Made by a program: the position numbers and the translations under genes. The notes beneath the pieces are model-generated. The model searched no databases, had not been told where the DNA came from, and saw only the letters and a list, made by a program, of their open reading frames with translations. Below, piece after piece: positions 63,845 through 64,000 of a DNA stretch of 64,000 nt. The stretch's first letter is position 1. Every line of letters begins with the position of its first letter. The DNA comes from Epiperipatus broadwayi (taxonomy: Eukaryota > Animalia > Onychophora): positions 7,626,001 through 7,690,000 of the forward strand of contig JAQFVV010000006.1 in NCBI GenBank assembly GCA_028023455.1. The letters are read 5' to 3'.

Positions 63845-64000
63845 GGGTTTGAACTCAGGATTTTTCAGCCTATTCATCCCCCACTCTATCTCCAGCAACC
63901 AATAGAAATAACCACACACATGCAAAAAAGATAGATGATCCCCAATATACGTATTTTGTGCAGAACCAGCACTCATTAGTTGGGGCCAGATTATAATCTG
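63845..64000 (-). mobile_element. Left arm of another family W2 copy, cut by the window end; hammerhead motif at 63941-63985
   Basis: Minus strand reads CCAA-ctaatga-GTGC tggttct GCAC-aaaa-TACGTA-TA-TTGG. Stem III is the perfect palindrome ATACGTAT. Confidence 0.75.

Overview
Very AT-rich, repeat-dense animal genomic DNA, probably from an invertebrate; the host cannot be identified from the sequence. Two minus-strand coding exons (28827-28968 and 11033-11151) splice in frame across a ~17.7 kb intron. They resemble the N-terminal part of BLTP2/KIAA0100/hobbit, so much of the window is probably giant-intron sequence. The rest comprises decayed non-LTR retrotransposons (at least three families), short tRNA-derived SINEs, three DNA-transposon derivatives with target-site duplications, probable Penelope-like remnants and a decayed secreted LDL-receptor-class-A-repeat gene. 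One of the DNA-transposon derivatives closely resembles the horizontally transferred SPIN/URR1 MITE. The most striking signal is a set of about ten long palindromes built from at least three dispersed repeat families. Most of these carry a minimal type I hammerhead-ribozyme motif (stem I - CTGANGA - stem II - GAAA - short self-complementary stem III - NUH - stem I). Most are inserted 3'-ends-out, and the two arms of a copy are more alike than different copies are. This looks like a non-autonomous, ribozyme-bearing, Penelope/retrozyme-like retroelement system that integrates as inverted duplications. All alignments were done by eye, family names come from recall, and both need database confirmation.
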